Shown here piece by piece: positions 38,227 through 47,483 of a stretch of 64,000 bases of DNA; positions within the stretch are counted from its first letter, which is position 1; the number at the start of each line of letters is the position of its first letter. Under the pieces are notes generated by a model. That model ran no database searches. It worked only from the letters and a program-made list of their open reading frames with translations, and was not told where the DNA came from. A program made the position numbers and the translations under genes. Source of the DNA: an uncultured Gammaproteobacteria bacterium (GTDB taxonomy: Bacteria; Patescibacteriota; Microgenomatia; UBA8517); NCBI GenBank assembly GCA_964599625.1, contig CAZRGC010000003.1, positions 97,759 to 161,758 on the forward strand, read 5' to 3'.

Positions 38227-38264
38227 AACATAGAATATAGAACATAAAACATAAAAAATAAAAT

Positions 38265-39017
38265 ATGAAAAGACTCAAATCAATATTATCCAAAAAATCA
38301 GGACGTGCAGGGGGAACAGTTGTTGTCAGACACCAAGGTGGACGACACAAAAGATTTTTGAGAGAAATCGATTTTAAGCGTGTTCACAAGGATGTTTGGG
38401 GAGTTGTTCAGGCAGTAGAATACGATCCCAACAGAAACTCAGAAATCGCCCTGGTACTTTACGAAAACGGCAAGAGAGGGTATATTTTGTCTCCTGTCGG
38501 TCTTACGGTTGGGATGAAGGTGATAAGCTCAGAGTCCGCGCCAATAGAGCCCGGGAACTCACTTCCTTTAAAATTGATTCCAGTGGGTGCTCAGGTTCAC
38601 AACATAGAATTAACAAAAGGCAAAGGTGGCCAAATAGTTAAAGGGGCAGGAAGCGCAGCCGTTATTTTTGGACGTGAAGAAGCTTGGATTTTGGTTAAGC
38701 TTCCGTCTGGAGAAATCAGAAGATTTGATCCGGAATGTTATGCCACAGTTGGTCAAGTCGGCAATGTTGATGCCAAAAACGAGATAATGGGGAAAGCGGG
38801 AAGAGTGAGGCATATGGGTGTAAGACCTTCAGTTCGTGGAGTTGCAATGCATCCTAATGCACATCCTCACGGAGGAGGAGAAGGAAGAAGTGGAATTGGT
38901 ATGAAGCACCCCAAGACTTTTTATGGTAGAAGTGCAGTCGGAAAAACAAGGGCTAAGAAAAAATATTCTGATAGACTAATAGTTCAAAGGAAGGGAGGCA
39001 AAGCCCTTCTGGGTTAA
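38265..39017 (+). CDS. rplB: 50S ribosomal protein L2
   Basis: GGRHKRFLREIDFKR…HPHGGGEGR. Confidence 0.96.
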   Translation: MKRLKSILSKKSGRAGGTVVVRHQGGRHKRFLREIDFKRVHKDVWGVVQAVEYDPNRNSEIALVLYENGKRGYILSPVGLTVGMKVISSESAPIEPGNSLPLKLIPVGAQVHNIELTKGKGGQIVKGAGSAAVIFGREEAWILVKLPSGEIRRFDPECYATVGQVGNVDAKNEIMGKAGRVRHMGVRPSVRGVAMHPNAHPHGGGEGRSGIGMKHPKTFYGRSAVGKTRAKKKYSDRLIVQRKGGKALLG

Positions 39018-39025
39018 TTTAAATT

Positions 39026-39307
39026 ATGGCAAGAAGTTCAAAAAAGGGTCCGTTTGTAGACCCGATACTAGTCAAAAAGTTGGAAAAAGGAATGGGCACA
39101 AAAGAAAGCCCTATCAAAACCTGGTCCAGAAGATGCCAAATTTCACCGGAATTTGTTGGTAAATATTTTCAGGTTCATAACGGTCGTGTATTTATCGATG
39201 TATTTGTAACAGAAGACATGGTCGGCCATAGGCTTGGTGAGTTTTCACCTACAAGAACATTCAGAGGACACGGAGAGATAGTCAAAAGAACGATGGACAA
39301 GACGTAA
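39026..39307 (+). CDS. rpsS: 30S ribosomal protein S19
   Basis: [11 protein letters not shown]…[32 protein letters not shown]. Confidence 0.95.
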   Translation: MARSSKKGPFVDPILVKKLEKGMGTKESPIKTWSRRCQISPEFVGKYFQVHNGRVFIDVFVTEDMVGHRLGEFSPTRTFRGHGEIVKRTMDKT

Positions 39308-39341
39308 ATGTCTTCGTCTGGCGACGTAAAAAAGTAAAACT

Positions 39342-39803
39342 ATGGAAAAAACATACACATCAACTCAAAAATATCTGATTATGAGTCCTAGAAAAATAAG
39401 ACTTGTAACTGAACTTGTAAAAAAGATGAAACCGCTTGATGCGATTGAGAAGTTGCCCTTTGTTCAAAAAAGAGCAGGAGAGGTTGTTGCAAAAGTAATA
39501 AAAAGCGCTTTAGCAAACGCTAGAGTTCAGGGTGCGACCGATACAGATTTGGTTTTTAAAGAGATTCAAGTTGGCGAAGGACCCAGACTCAAAAGAGGTA
39601 GGGCTGCAAGCCGCGGAAGATGGCATCCGTTTAAACACAGAATGTCACACATTAGAGTGGTTTTGGTATCAGGTAAACAAGTAAAGACAGTGGAAGCCGA
39701 AGTGACCAAGAAAGTAGAAGATAAAGAAGTCAAAGCAGAAGTAGTGAAGAAAGAGACGCCGGCAAAAAAAGCCGCAGCAAAGAAAAATGGGACAAAAGGT
39801 TAA
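39342..39803 (+). CDS. rplV: 50S ribosomal protein L22 (Lys-rich C-terminal extension)
   Basis: An L22 core with a KKVEDKEVKAEVVKKETPAKKAAAKK tail. It overlaps rpsC by 17 nt. Confidence 0.92.
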   Translation: MEKTYTSTQKYLIMSPRKIRLVTELVKKMKPLDAIEKLPFVQKRAGEVVAKVIKSALANARVQGATDTDLVFKEIQVGEGPRLKRGRAASRGRWHPFKHRMSHIRVVLVSGKQVKTVEAEVTKKVEDKEVKAEVVKKETPAKKAAAKKNGTKG

Positions 39804-40443
39804 TCCAATCGGTATAAGAATCGGAAGCTACCTTCCTTGGAAATCAAGATGGTTTGCCGACGGTGGTGTTCTGAAGGACTTTTTGGTGGAAGATATCAAA
39901 ATCAGAAAAGGACTCATGGAACGTCTCAAGCTTGCCGGAGTCACAACTGTTGAAATCGAAAGACTTCCCAAAAGCATGGTGATTTCGATAACAGTCAGTA
40001 GGCCAGGAGTTGTAATTGGGCGAGGCGGAACAGGAATCGAAGACGTCAAAAAATTCGTAATGAGCATAATTAACGAGGTTAGAAAGAAAAAAGTTAAAGA
40101 TCTTAAAATCGACATTAGAATCAATGAAGTCAAAAATGCAGAACTTTCGGCACATCTTGTTGCAGGAAGGATTGTGGGAGAGTTGGAACGTAGAATTCCC
40201 CACAGACGTGCAGTTACAAAAGCTCTCGAAAGAGTAATGGCCTCGGGGGCCTTGGGAGCCAAAGTTGTTTTGGCAGGGCGCATAAACGGAGCAGAAATCA
40301 GCAGAGTTGAAAAGTTCCATGTTGGATCTGTTCCCACTCAAACACTTAGAGAAACTGTCGATTATGCACAGACACCGGCATCGCTTAAAAGAGGTTATGT
40401 CGGGGTAAAAGTTTGGATACACAAAAAACAGGAAGGTAATTAA
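39787..40443 (+). CDS. rpsC: 30S ribosomal protein S3
   Basis: MGQKVNPIGIRIG followed by a KH domain. Confidence 0.96.
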   Translation: MGQKVNPIGIRIGSYLPWKSRWFADGGVLKDFLVEDIKIRKGLMERLKLAGVTTVEIERLPKSMVISITVSRPGVVIGRGGTGIEDVKKFVMSIINEVRKKKVKDLKIDIRINEVKNAELSAHLVAGRIVGELERRIPHRRAVTKALERVMASGALGAKVVLAGRINGAEISRVEKFHVGSVPTQTLRETVDYAQTPASLKRGYVGVKVWIHKKQEGN

Positions 40444-40448
40444 CGATT

Positions 40449-40859
40449 ATGATGCAACCAAAGCGAAGAAAGTTTGTAAAAGAGTTTAGGGGAAGACGAC
40501 GCGGTCTCGCTACCCGCGGTGCCAGTATGGCTTTTGGAGAATTTGCACTGAAGGCTCAGGAAGTTTCTTGGATAACATCTGCTCAGATTGAGGCAGCTAG
40601 AAGAAGCATAACCCACAATCTAAAAAAAGGTGGACGTGTTTGGATTAGAATTTTTCCGGACAAGCCCATTACCAGTAGGCCAGCAGGAAAAAGAATGGGT
40701 GGAGGAAAGGGAGATATTTCGACATATGTTGCAGTAGTTAAACCCGGAATGATACTTTTTGAAGTTGCAGGGGCAGCGGAAGATGTGGTTAGGACTGCAT
40801 TCAAAAGAGCATCCGCCAAGCTCCCGATAGATGTCAAGATAGTTACAAGAGAAGACTAA
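40449..40859 (+). CDS. rplP: 50S ribosomal protein L16
   Basis: A 136-aa protein with canonical L16 sequence. Confidence 0.95.
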   Translation: MMQPKRRKFVKEFRGRRRGLATRGASMAFGEFALKAQEVSWITSAQIEAARRSITHNLKKGGRVWIRIFPDKPITSRPAGKRMGGGKGDISTYVAVVKPGMILFEVAGAAEDVVRTAFKRASAKLPIDVKIVTRED

Positions 40860-40863
40860 GACT

Positions 40864-41091
40864 ATGAAAAGAAAAGAATTTACAGATTTAAAAACAAAAC
40901 AGATAAAAGACCTTTTAAAAATGGTTTCTGCCAAAAGTCTTGAGGCGGGCAAGAAACAAATGGAAGTGTCCGGAGGAAAAGAAAAGAATCTAAGATCGGT
41001 CAAAAATATCCGAAAAGATATTGCCAGAATTTTGACGTTAATCAAAGAAAAGCAGATAATCGAGACTTTGGAGAAAGGAGTGAATAAATAA
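40864..41091 (+). CDS. rpmC: 50S ribosomal protein L29
   Basis: 75 aa in the conserved position after rplP. Confidence 0.85.
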   Translation: MKRKEFTDLKTKQIKDLLKMVSAKSLEAGKKQMEVSGGKEKNLRSVKNIRKDIARILTLIKEKQIIETLEKGVNK

Positions 41092-41094
41092 TTT

Positions 41095-41340
41095 ATGAAA
41101 ATTTTTAGAGGAAAAGTAATCGGTAAAAAGATGACCAATACTGCGACTGTGGCTGTAGAGCGTGTTATTGTTCACCCTCTTTATCAAAAAAGATTCAGAC
41201 GCGATACAAAATATCAAGTCCACGACGAGATGGATACAAAAGTTGGTGATACTGTCAAATTTGCAGCCAGTAAACCCTATTCAAAGACAAAGAAATGGAA
41301 AATTTTGGAGATAGTTAAGGAGAAAGGGGGAGCCAAATAA
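41095..41340 (+). CDS. rpsQ: 30S ribosomal protein S17
   Basis: GKVIGKKMTNTATVAVERVIVHPLYQK. Confidence 0.93.
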   Translation: MKIFRGKVIGKKMTNTATVAVERVIVHPLYQKRFRRDTKYQVHDEMDTKVGDTVKFAASKPYSKTKKWKILEIVKEKGGAK

Positions 41341-41705
41341 TGGTGCAGTTAAGAACAATGTTGGTTCCTGCAGACAACAGCGGAGCCAAAAGACTCCAGA
41401 TAATTGGAGTTCCTGGAAGAGTTGGTAAAATTGCCACTTTGGGAGATGTTGTTCTTTGTGTAGTCAAAGGCGCGGACCCAACAGGTGTGGTGGCTGATCA
41501 CGAAAAAGTGAAAGTGCTTATCGTACGCACCAAAAAAGAAGTAGGCAGACCAGATGGAAGCTATATCAGATTTGACGATAACGCAGGGGTGGTAATTGAT
41601 AAACAAGGGTTGCCAAGGGGTACCAGAATATTGGGACCGGTTGCCCGCGAGGTTAAAGAGGCAGGGTACAACAAAATTGCATCACTCGCCCGTGAGGTTA
41701 TATAA
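41340..41705 (+). CDS. rplN: 50S ribosomal protein L14
   Basis: MVQLRTMLVPADNSGAK. Confidence 0.96.
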   Translation: MVQLRTMLVPADNSGAKRLQIIGVPGRVGKIATLGDVVLCVVKGADPTGVVADHEKVKVLIVRTKKEVGRPDGSYIRFDDNAGVVIDKQGLPRGTRILGPVAREVKEAGYNKIASLAREVI

Positions 41706-41720
41706 GCAAACAAAACAAAT

Positions 41721-42035
41721 ATGCTCAAAATTAAACTTGGAGACACAGTCAAAATAACAGCAGGCAAAGACAAAGGCCGCGAAGGGAAGGTTGAAAAAAT
41801 CTACCCAGAGGACTCAAAGGTTGTTGTGCCAGGCGTAAACCTGTACAAAAAACACGTTAAAGGTTTTGGTGACGTTAAGGGTGGAATCTACGAAATTCCC
41901 AGAGCTTTGGGATTTGGAAAAATTGCACTTATATGTCCAAAATGCAAAAAAATAACCAGAGTTGGTTTCAAATTTGCGGGTAAGGAAAAAGTGAGAGTTT
42001 GCCGCAAGTGCGGAAAAGAAATCGACGGTAAATAA
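41721..42035 (+). CDS. rplX: 50S ribosomal protein L24 (zinc-ribbon variant)
   Basis: A KOW domain GDTVKITAGKDKGREGKV. The C-terminus carries CPKC…CRKC. Confidence 0.9.
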   Translation: MLKIKLGDTVKITAGKDKGREGKVEKIYPEDSKVVVPGVNLYKKHVKGFGDVKGGIYEIPRALGFGKIALICPKCKKITRVGFKFAGKEKVRVCRKCGKEIDGK

Positions 42036-42040
42036 ACAAT

Positions 42041-42619
42041 ATGGAAAATAATAAACAAAGATTACAGGTTAAATACGAAAAAGAGGTTAAGCCGGTTTTG
42101 ATGAAAGAGTTTGGCATCAAACACGAACTGGCCACTCCCAAGATTGCCAAAGTGGTTGTTAATATGGGAGTCGGAAAACTCTCCAAGAACCAAGCCCAGA
42201 TGGACGCACTTAAAAAAGATATTGCTACCATGACAGGTCAGGCGCCGTCGGTCAGAAACGCGAAGGTTTCTATTGCGAGCTTCTCGCTCAGGGAAGGACA
42301 GCCTGTAGGTTTGTCAGTGACTCTTAGAGGTGCCTCTATGTACGGTTTTCTGGATAGACTAGTTTCTATAACCTTACCGCGTCTTAGGGACTTTAGAGGA
42401 GTTTCTGGTAAGTCTTTTGACCAGGCAGGCAACTACACCCTTGGTTTTCAGGAACATACGGTTTTTCCGGAAATTGACCCGACCCGGTCTGCTCAGCCTC
42501 ACGGAATGGAAGTAACAGTAGTTGTAACAGGCACCGATCCGTCAGATAAATCAGGCACAAACGTGGTAAAATCCAAAAGACTTTTAGAGCTTATGGGTAT
42601 GCCTTTTGAAAAACCCTAA
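42041..42619 (+). CDS. rplE: 50S ribosomal protein L5
   Basis: A 192-aa protein with canonical L5 sequence. Confidence 0.95.
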   Translation: MENNKQRLQVKYEKEVKPVLMKEFGIKHELATPKIAKVVVNMGVGKLSKNQAQMDALKKDIATMTGQAPSVRNAKVSIASFSLREGQPVGLSVTLRGASMYGFLDRLVSITLPRLRDFRGVSGKSFDQAGNYTLGFQEHTVFPEIDPTRSAQPHGMEVTVVVTGTDPSDKSGTNVVKSKRLLELMGMPFEKP

Positions 42620-42655
42620 GGTTTTTGGTTCTAAAGTACAAATAAATATAAACAT

Positions 42656-42841
42656 ATGGCAACAACAGCAAAAGAAGTAAGAGAAACAAAAAAATTAAAG
42701 TACGCAATTAGGTACCGCAATAGGTGCCGCCTTTGCGGAAGAAGCAGAGGTTACCTTAGAAAATATGGTATTTGCAGACTGTGTTTTAGAGAGCATGCCT
42801 TAAGAGGTGAAATTCCAGGTGTCAGAAAGGCAAGTTGGTAA
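42656..42841 (+). CDS. rpsZ: 30S ribosomal protein S14, type Z (zinc-binding)
   Basis: A 61-aa protein with CRLCGR…CRLC. Confidence 0.93.
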   Translation: MATTAKEVRETKKLKYAIRYRNRCRLCGRSRGYLRKYGICRLCFREHALRGEIPGVRKASW

Positions 42842-42853
42842 TTAATAATAACT

Positions 42854-43261
42854 ATGAAAAAAGCAGAAACAATCAAACACGGAACAGTTAACTACGGAGT
42901 AGGAGATTTTCTTATAAAAATCAAAAACTGTTCTATGGCCAAAAACAAAAGCCTGGTAACCAGATATACAAAACACAATATGGCTATCGCAGAAACTCTC
43001 AAGAAACTTGGCTATTTGGACGAAGTCAAAAAAGACGGACTCAACCTCCATCTTTCTCTGACATTCAAAAACAAAAGACCTGTAGTTATGGACCTCAAAC
43101 TTGTTTCCAAACCAGGACTTAGGGTTTACAAGGGAGTAGATGAAATTGAAAGCAAAAAAGGACCTTCCCTTCTTTTGATTTCTACACCTTTGGGAGTAAT
43201 TTCTTCCAAAGAAGCCATCAAAAAGAGAGTTGGCGGAGAAGTAATAGCAGAAATTTGGTAA
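42854..43261 (+). CDS. rpsH: 30S ribosomal protein S8
   Basis: A 135-aa protein with canonical S8 sequence. Confidence 0.93.
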   Translation: MKKAETIKHGTVNYGVGDFLIKIKNCSMAKNKSLVTRYTKHNMAIAETLKKLGYLDEVKKDGLNLHLSLTFKNKRPVVMDLKLVSKPGLRVYKGVDEIESKKGPSLLLISTPLGVISSKEAIKKRVGGEVIAEIW

Positions 43262-43265
43262 AAAT

Positions 43266-43814
43266 ATGTCAAAGATAGGAAGACAACCAATTAAAATTGC
43301 CCAAGGAGTAACGGTTGCGGCCGACAAATCAAATGTCAAAGTCACCGGTCCCAAAGGAACGCTTGATCTTGCATTGCCTGCAGGTGTAAGTGTGGAAGTT
43401 AAAGATGGTGAAGCGCTTGTGAATGTCAAAGGCACAGGTAAGTTTTACTCTAGCCTTCACGGAACAATCCGTTCGCGCATCAACAACAATGTAAAAGGTG
43501 TGAGTACGGGTTGGAATAGACAGCTTGAACTTGTGGGTACAGGTTTTAGGGCCGAAGTTTCGGGAAAAACATTGACACTTACTGTAGGATATTCTCACCC
43601 TGTAAAAATCGAGGCACCCGAAGGGATTACGTTCAAGGTGGAAAAATTAATAGTAACCGTTGAGGGTTACGATAGAGTAGTTGTCGGACAAGTGGCTGCA
43701 AATATCAGAGCAGTAAGACCGCCCGAACCATACAAAGGAAAAGGAATTAAATATGTCGACGAGGTTATAAGAAGAAAGCCTGGTAAAGCTGCAGCAAAAA
43801 CAACAGGAGCATAA
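43266..43814 (+). CDS. rplF: 50S ribosomal protein L6
   Basis: 182 aa with duplicated L6 domains. Confidence 0.95.
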   Translation: MSKIGRQPIKIAQGVTVAADKSNVKVTGPKGTLDLALPAGVSVEVKDGEALVNVKGTGKFYSSLHGTIRSRINNNVKGVSTGWNRQLELVGTGFRAEVSGKTLTLTVGYSHPVKIEAPEGITFKVEKLIVTVEGYDRVVVGQVAANIRAVRPPEPYKGKGIKYVDEVIRRKPGKAAAKTTGA

Positions 43815-43832
43815 TCCCAGCAGTAAAATATT

Positions 43833-44192
43833 ATGAAAACAATACAACTTAAAGCTAAAAGACAAGCAAGAAGAAAAACAAGTGTTAAGTCCAAGATTTT
43901 TGGGACAACCGATAGGCCAAGACTTTCCGTTTTCAGGTCCAACCTGCACATTTACGGACAGTTGGTGGACGATGTTAAAGCTATTACAGTCGCAGCTTTT
44001 TCCGACCTTAAACTCAAAAAATCAGATAAAATGACAAAATCGCAAATTGCAGAAGCGGTTGGCGAGGAACTTGCCAAGCTCGCAGTTGCTAAAAAAGTCA
44101 AAAAAGTAATTTTTGACAGAAACGGATTTATTTATCACGGACGAGTAAAATCACTGGCAGAGGGAGCAAGAAAGGGAGGATTGGAGTTTTAA
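43833..44192 (+). CDS. rplR: 50S ribosomal protein L18
   Basis: A 119-aa protein with canonical L18 sequence. Confidence 0.93.
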   Translation: MKTIQLKAKRQARRKTSVKSKIFGTTDRPRLSVFRSNLHIYGQLVDDVKAITVAAFSDLKLKKSDKMTKSQIAEAVGEELAKLAVAKKVKKVIFDRNGFIYHGRVKSLAEGARKGGLEF

Positions 44193-44201
44193 GATATAAA
44201 T

Positions 44202-44708
44202 ATGGCAAATTTTAACCGAACATATGCCGACCAGGCACCAAAAGAATATGAGGAGACAGTTGTTCAAATAAACAGGATCTCCAAAAAGACAAAAGGTGGA
44301 AACACAATGAGATTTTCTGCACTTATTGTGGTGGGCAACAGAAAAGGAAGAGTTGGGGTTGGTATGGCCAAGGCACACGACGTTAGAAACGCAATCCGAA
44401 AATCAATCGAGGCAGCCAAAAGAAATTTGGTGGACGTTCCTCTTACTGGAACAACCATCCCTTACTCAGTAAGCGAAAAGTATTCTGCAGCTAAAATTCT
44501 TTTGAAACCAGCACCCCCCGGATCCGGAATTATTGCAGGCGGACCAATGAGAGTTGTTTTGGAAGCGGCAGGAATCAGAGATGCAGTCGGAAAAATTTTG
44601 GGAACAAAGAATAAAATTTCTAATGTTTATGCGACACTCAAGGCGCTGGAGCAAGTATCACGCCTTGTTGTTATGAAGAAAAATGAGCCAAAAGCAGAAA
44701 CTAAATAA
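44202..44708 (+). CDS. rpsE: 30S ribosomal protein S5
   Basis: A 168-aa protein with canonical S5 sequence. Confidence 0.95.
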   Translation: MANFNRTYADQAPKEYEETVVQINRISKKTKGGNTMRFSALIVVGNRKGRVGVGMAKAHDVRNAIRKSIEAAKRNLVDVPLTGTTIPYSVSEKYSAAKILLKPAPPGSGIIAGGPMRVVLEAAGIRDAVGKILGTKNKISNVYATLKALEQVSRLVVMKKNEPKAETK

Positions 44709-44710
44709 CT

Positions 44711-45118
44711 ATGAGCAAATTACCAAAAGTTGTAACAAAGTCAAAAAAGAGAATCGGTAGAGGTTTTGGAACCGGTAAAGGTGGACACACCACAAACCGC
44801 GGACAGAAGGGGCAAAAATCCCGTGGTTCCATTGGAGTTCTTTTCGAAGGAATGAAAGTCAAGAAGTCACTTCTTAAAAGACTTCCATTGCAGCGCGGAA
44901 AAGGAAAGTTCAAAGCCAACGGAAAACCGGTTATTGTTACCCTTACCGACCTGGATATTCTCCCAACCGGTAGTGAAATTACTTTAGATCTTTTGATCAA
45001 AGAGAACTTGGTCGACCCTATTTTAGGCCGAAAATTCGGAGTAAAAGTCTTGGGAGGAGGAAAATCTACCAAGAAATTTACTTTCAAAGTCCCAACTTCC
45101 AAATCTGTAGCCAAATAA
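44711..45118 (+). CDS. rplO: 50S ribosomal protein L15
   Basis: GRGFGTGKGGHTTNRGQKGQKSRG. It follows rpsE directly, so there is no rpmD. Confidence 0.94.
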   Translation: MSKLPKVVTKSKKRIGRGFGTGKGGHTTNRGQKGQKSRGSIGVLFEGMKVKKSLLKRLPLQRGKGKFKANGKPVIVTLTDLDILPTGSEITLDLLIKENLVDPILGRKFGVKVLGGGKSTKKFTFKVPTSKSVAK

Positions 45119-45122
45119 ATAT

Positions 45123-45599
45123 ATGACAGAAAGTCCAACACCTGTTGGAGAAGAAGCAGAAAAACTACAAAAAACATCACTTTTAGTGATGTATTCACGC
45201 CAAGATATGGCAGATACAGCCCTTGAGGTAATAAAAGAACTTAGGGAAGCAGGTCTTAATGTCATCGATATAAACGATAAGATTGCAGATGGCTCGTGGG
45301 TGGGTGAGTCGGATAAAATATTGGAAAATACCCCAGCAGTTCTTGTTATTCCATCAAAATCCATAAAAGAAGATGGTTTGGTTAAGGACGCAGTTTACCG
45401 TGCCGACATGCTAAGGGTAGAAAAAAGAAAGAGAATCGTTCCAATATTTTTTCAGGCTAATGCAAATGTTTCGATAGGAGGCCTTGGCAGCCTTGCCGGA
45501 ATAAATTGGGACGGTGAGACAGAAGGGATTCAAAATTTTGATAAGACTGCAGCTTTCGGCCACCTCAAAACTTTTGTCGCCCAAAATACTAATTCATAA
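45123..45599 (+). CDS. TIR-like (Toll/interleukin receptor / SLOG-type) single-domain protein, putative
   Basis: The TIR fold order is followed: betaA LLVMYSRQD, alphaA ALEVIKELREAG, betaB NVIDIN…IADG, AVLVIPSKS, and betaD RIVPIFF. The call rests on motif topology only. Confidence 0.4.
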   Translation: MTESPTPVGEEAEKLQKTSLLVMYSRQDMADTALEVIKELREAGLNVIDINDKIADGSWVGESDKILENTPAVLVIPSKSIKEDGLVKDAVYRADMLRVEKRKRIVPIFFQANANVSIGGLGSLAGINWDGETEGIQNFDKTAAFGHLKTFVAQNTNS

Positions 45600-45601
45600 A
45601 C

Positions 45602-46030
45602 ATGGAAACAATTAAACCTAACGGGTTTTTGACAAGCTTCGAGTTTGAGGGATTAAAACTTCCTGTGGAATACGTGAGAACAGATCAAGTTTGTGAGGGT
45701 GTAACTTGCGACGTTTACAAATTTTGGGGAGACAAAAAGAAGGACTTGGCGATAATAACAATACAACCTGACGCCAAAACACCACCCCAAAAAGTTTTGT
45801 CGGGAGAAAAAACAATCGAAGGATATATTTCGGGATCGGGTGTATTTACAGTGAAAAAGGACGACGGGGGTGAAGAAAGAATATTGGTAGAAGATAAGCC
45901 CACAGAGTACTTTTCAATTCAAGTAAACGTAGGGGACACAATGCAATGGAAAGCTTCGGAAGATTCTATTCTTACTGTTTTTGAAGTTTGCTACCCCCCA
46001 TACGAAGACGGCAGGTTTCAAAATCTTTAG
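45602..46030 (+). CDS. cupin-fold protein, putative
   Basis: A beta-rich 142-aa protein with a GYISGSG…(acidic)…ILVEDKP pattern like cupin motifs 1 and 2. Confidence 0.35.
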   Translation: METIKPNGFLTSFEFEGLKLPVEYVRTDQVCEGVTCDVYKFWGDKKKDLAIITIQPDAKTPPQKVLSGEKTIEGYISGSGVFTVKKDDGGEERILVEDKPTEYFSIQVNVGDTMQWKASEDSILTVFEVCYPPYEDGRFQNL

Positions 46031-46045
46031 TGTTATACTTCCAAT

Positions 46046-46489
46046 ATGTCCCGCGATAGATTCAGACTTCTTGCAGCGTGTTACTTATTGCCAATAAAGG
46101 GGAAGAAAGTTCTTTTGTCCCGCCGTTTTAACACTGGCTGGAAGGATGGTTGGTATTCCTTGATTGCAGGGCATTTGGATGGCAACGAATCTGTAAGCGA
46201 CTCAATGATTCGTGAAGCGAAAGAGGAGTCTGGTATTGAAATTGCCAAAAAAGACTTGGTTCCTTTAACCTCCGTTCACCACAAAACAGAAGACTCAGAA
46301 TATGTGGACTTTTTCTTCGCAGTAAAAAAGTGGAAAGGTGAACCGCAAATCAAGGAGCCCAACAAGTGTGACGATATGTCCTGGTTTCCAATAGACAAAC
46401 TTCCGGAAAAATTACTTCCACACGTTAAGCAAATAATTCAAAACCTGGACTCCAATGTTCCTTTTTTTGAACACGGATGGAACAAATAA
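46046..46489 (+). CDS. NUDIX hydrolase
   Basis: The Nudix box GHLDGNESVSDSMIREAKEESGIEI fits Gx5Ex7REUxEExGU. Confidence 0.8.
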   Translation: MSRDRFRLLAACYLLPIKGKKVLLSRRFNTGWKDGWYSLIAGHLDGNESVSDSMIREAKEESGIEIAKKDLVPLTSVHHKTEDSEYVDFFFAVKKWKGEPQIKEPNKCDDMSWFPIDKLPEKLLPHVKQIIQNLDSNVPFFEHGWNK

Positions 46490-46504
46490 CTGCTAAACTA
46501 TTTT

Positions 46505-47476
46505 GTGGCTCAAAAAGAAGACGACTCCTACCAAAAATATCTTGAAGACAAACACTTGGCATTTGCAACGCCCGAAAGTCTGGTATCGTCTATGGTAAAA
46601 AAGGCAACGGGATCAGAACCCTTTTCTGTCGAAAAGTTGATTCAGGGTGAAGTGAACGAGGTTTATGATGTGGAGGCTGGTGGTCAAAATGTAATAGTAA
46701 GAATTTCCCGACAAGGACCGGAAAATTTTGAAACCGAAGAAACTGTAATACGCCTCGCTTTGCAAGCAGGTGTACCCGCTCCCAAAGTTCTTCTTTTGGA
46801 ATCTGCCTCAACCGAAACCGAAGAATTGACCTTTTGTATAGAAGAAAAGATTGAAGGAAAGCCATTGAAAGAATTACTAAAAACTCTGGACGCAGAAACT
46901 CTCAAGGCAATTCTGATTCAGTCGGGCGAGATATTATCCCGTATCCATTCATTGGAAACGGACAGATTTGGGCCCTTGGATAGGCAGGTCTTTTATCCTT
47001 CATGGACAGAATATTTATTCAGGAAGGAAGAAAATAAACGTGAGATAATTGAGTATGGCTCTAAAGTGGGACTCCTGCCCGGTGTTATAGATAAAGCCTT
47101 TTCTATACAAAGGAAAAACTCAGGAATTTTGGAAATACAAATCCCCTATATTCTGCACGGCGATTTTAGTCCCAAACACATTCTCACGAATGGAAAAACA
47201 GTCACTGGAATAATAGATTTTGAAGACGCCAAAGGAGGCGATCCGGTGAGAGATATTGCTTGGATGAACTTTTTTTATGGCGATTCGGTAAATCTTGAGT
47301 GGTTTTTAGAAGGATACGGAAGGGAAAAAACAGGAATGGACTTTGATATAAAAATGAGACTTTTGAAAGTTAACTTGGGACTGGACCTGTTGGATTATTA
47401 CGGATCAGAAGGTAATATTTCAGGACTTAAATACTCGAAACGTAAATTGGAGGAAGAGATGGAATTTTTCAAATGA
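46505..47476 (+). CDS. phosphotransferase-family kinase (APH/choline-kinase-like fold)
   Basis: The Brenner motif is ILHGDFSPKHIL and the metal-binding segment is IIDFEDAKGGDPVRDIAWM. A Lys-containing N-lobe is present. Confidence 0.65.
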   Translation: MAQKEDDSYQKYLEDKHLAFATPESLVSSMVKKATGSEPFSVEKLIQGEVNEVYDVEAGGQNVIVRISRQGPENFETEETVIRLALQAGVPAPKVLLLESASTETEELTFCIEEKIEGKPLKELLKTLDAETLKAILIQSGEILSRIHSLETDRFGPLDRQVFYPSWTEYLFRKEENKREIIEYGSKVGLLPGVIDKAFSIQRKNSGILEIQIPYILHGDFSPKHILTNGKTVTGIIDFEDAKGGDPVRDIAWMNFFYGDSVNLEWFLEGYGREKTGMDFDIKMRLLKVNLGLDLLDYYGSEGNISGLKYSKRKLEEEMEFFK

Positions 47477-47483
47477 CCCGACA

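Noticed and set aside
39844-41138. Long minus-strand ORFs (39844-40422, 40620-41138; also 42842-43435 and 44701-45198) inside the ribosomal protein block
   Set aside because: They lie antisense to rpsC/rplP/rpmC/rpsH/rplF/rplO, which have unmistakable ribosomal-protein sequences. These are shadow ORFs produced by the low-complexity opposite strand.
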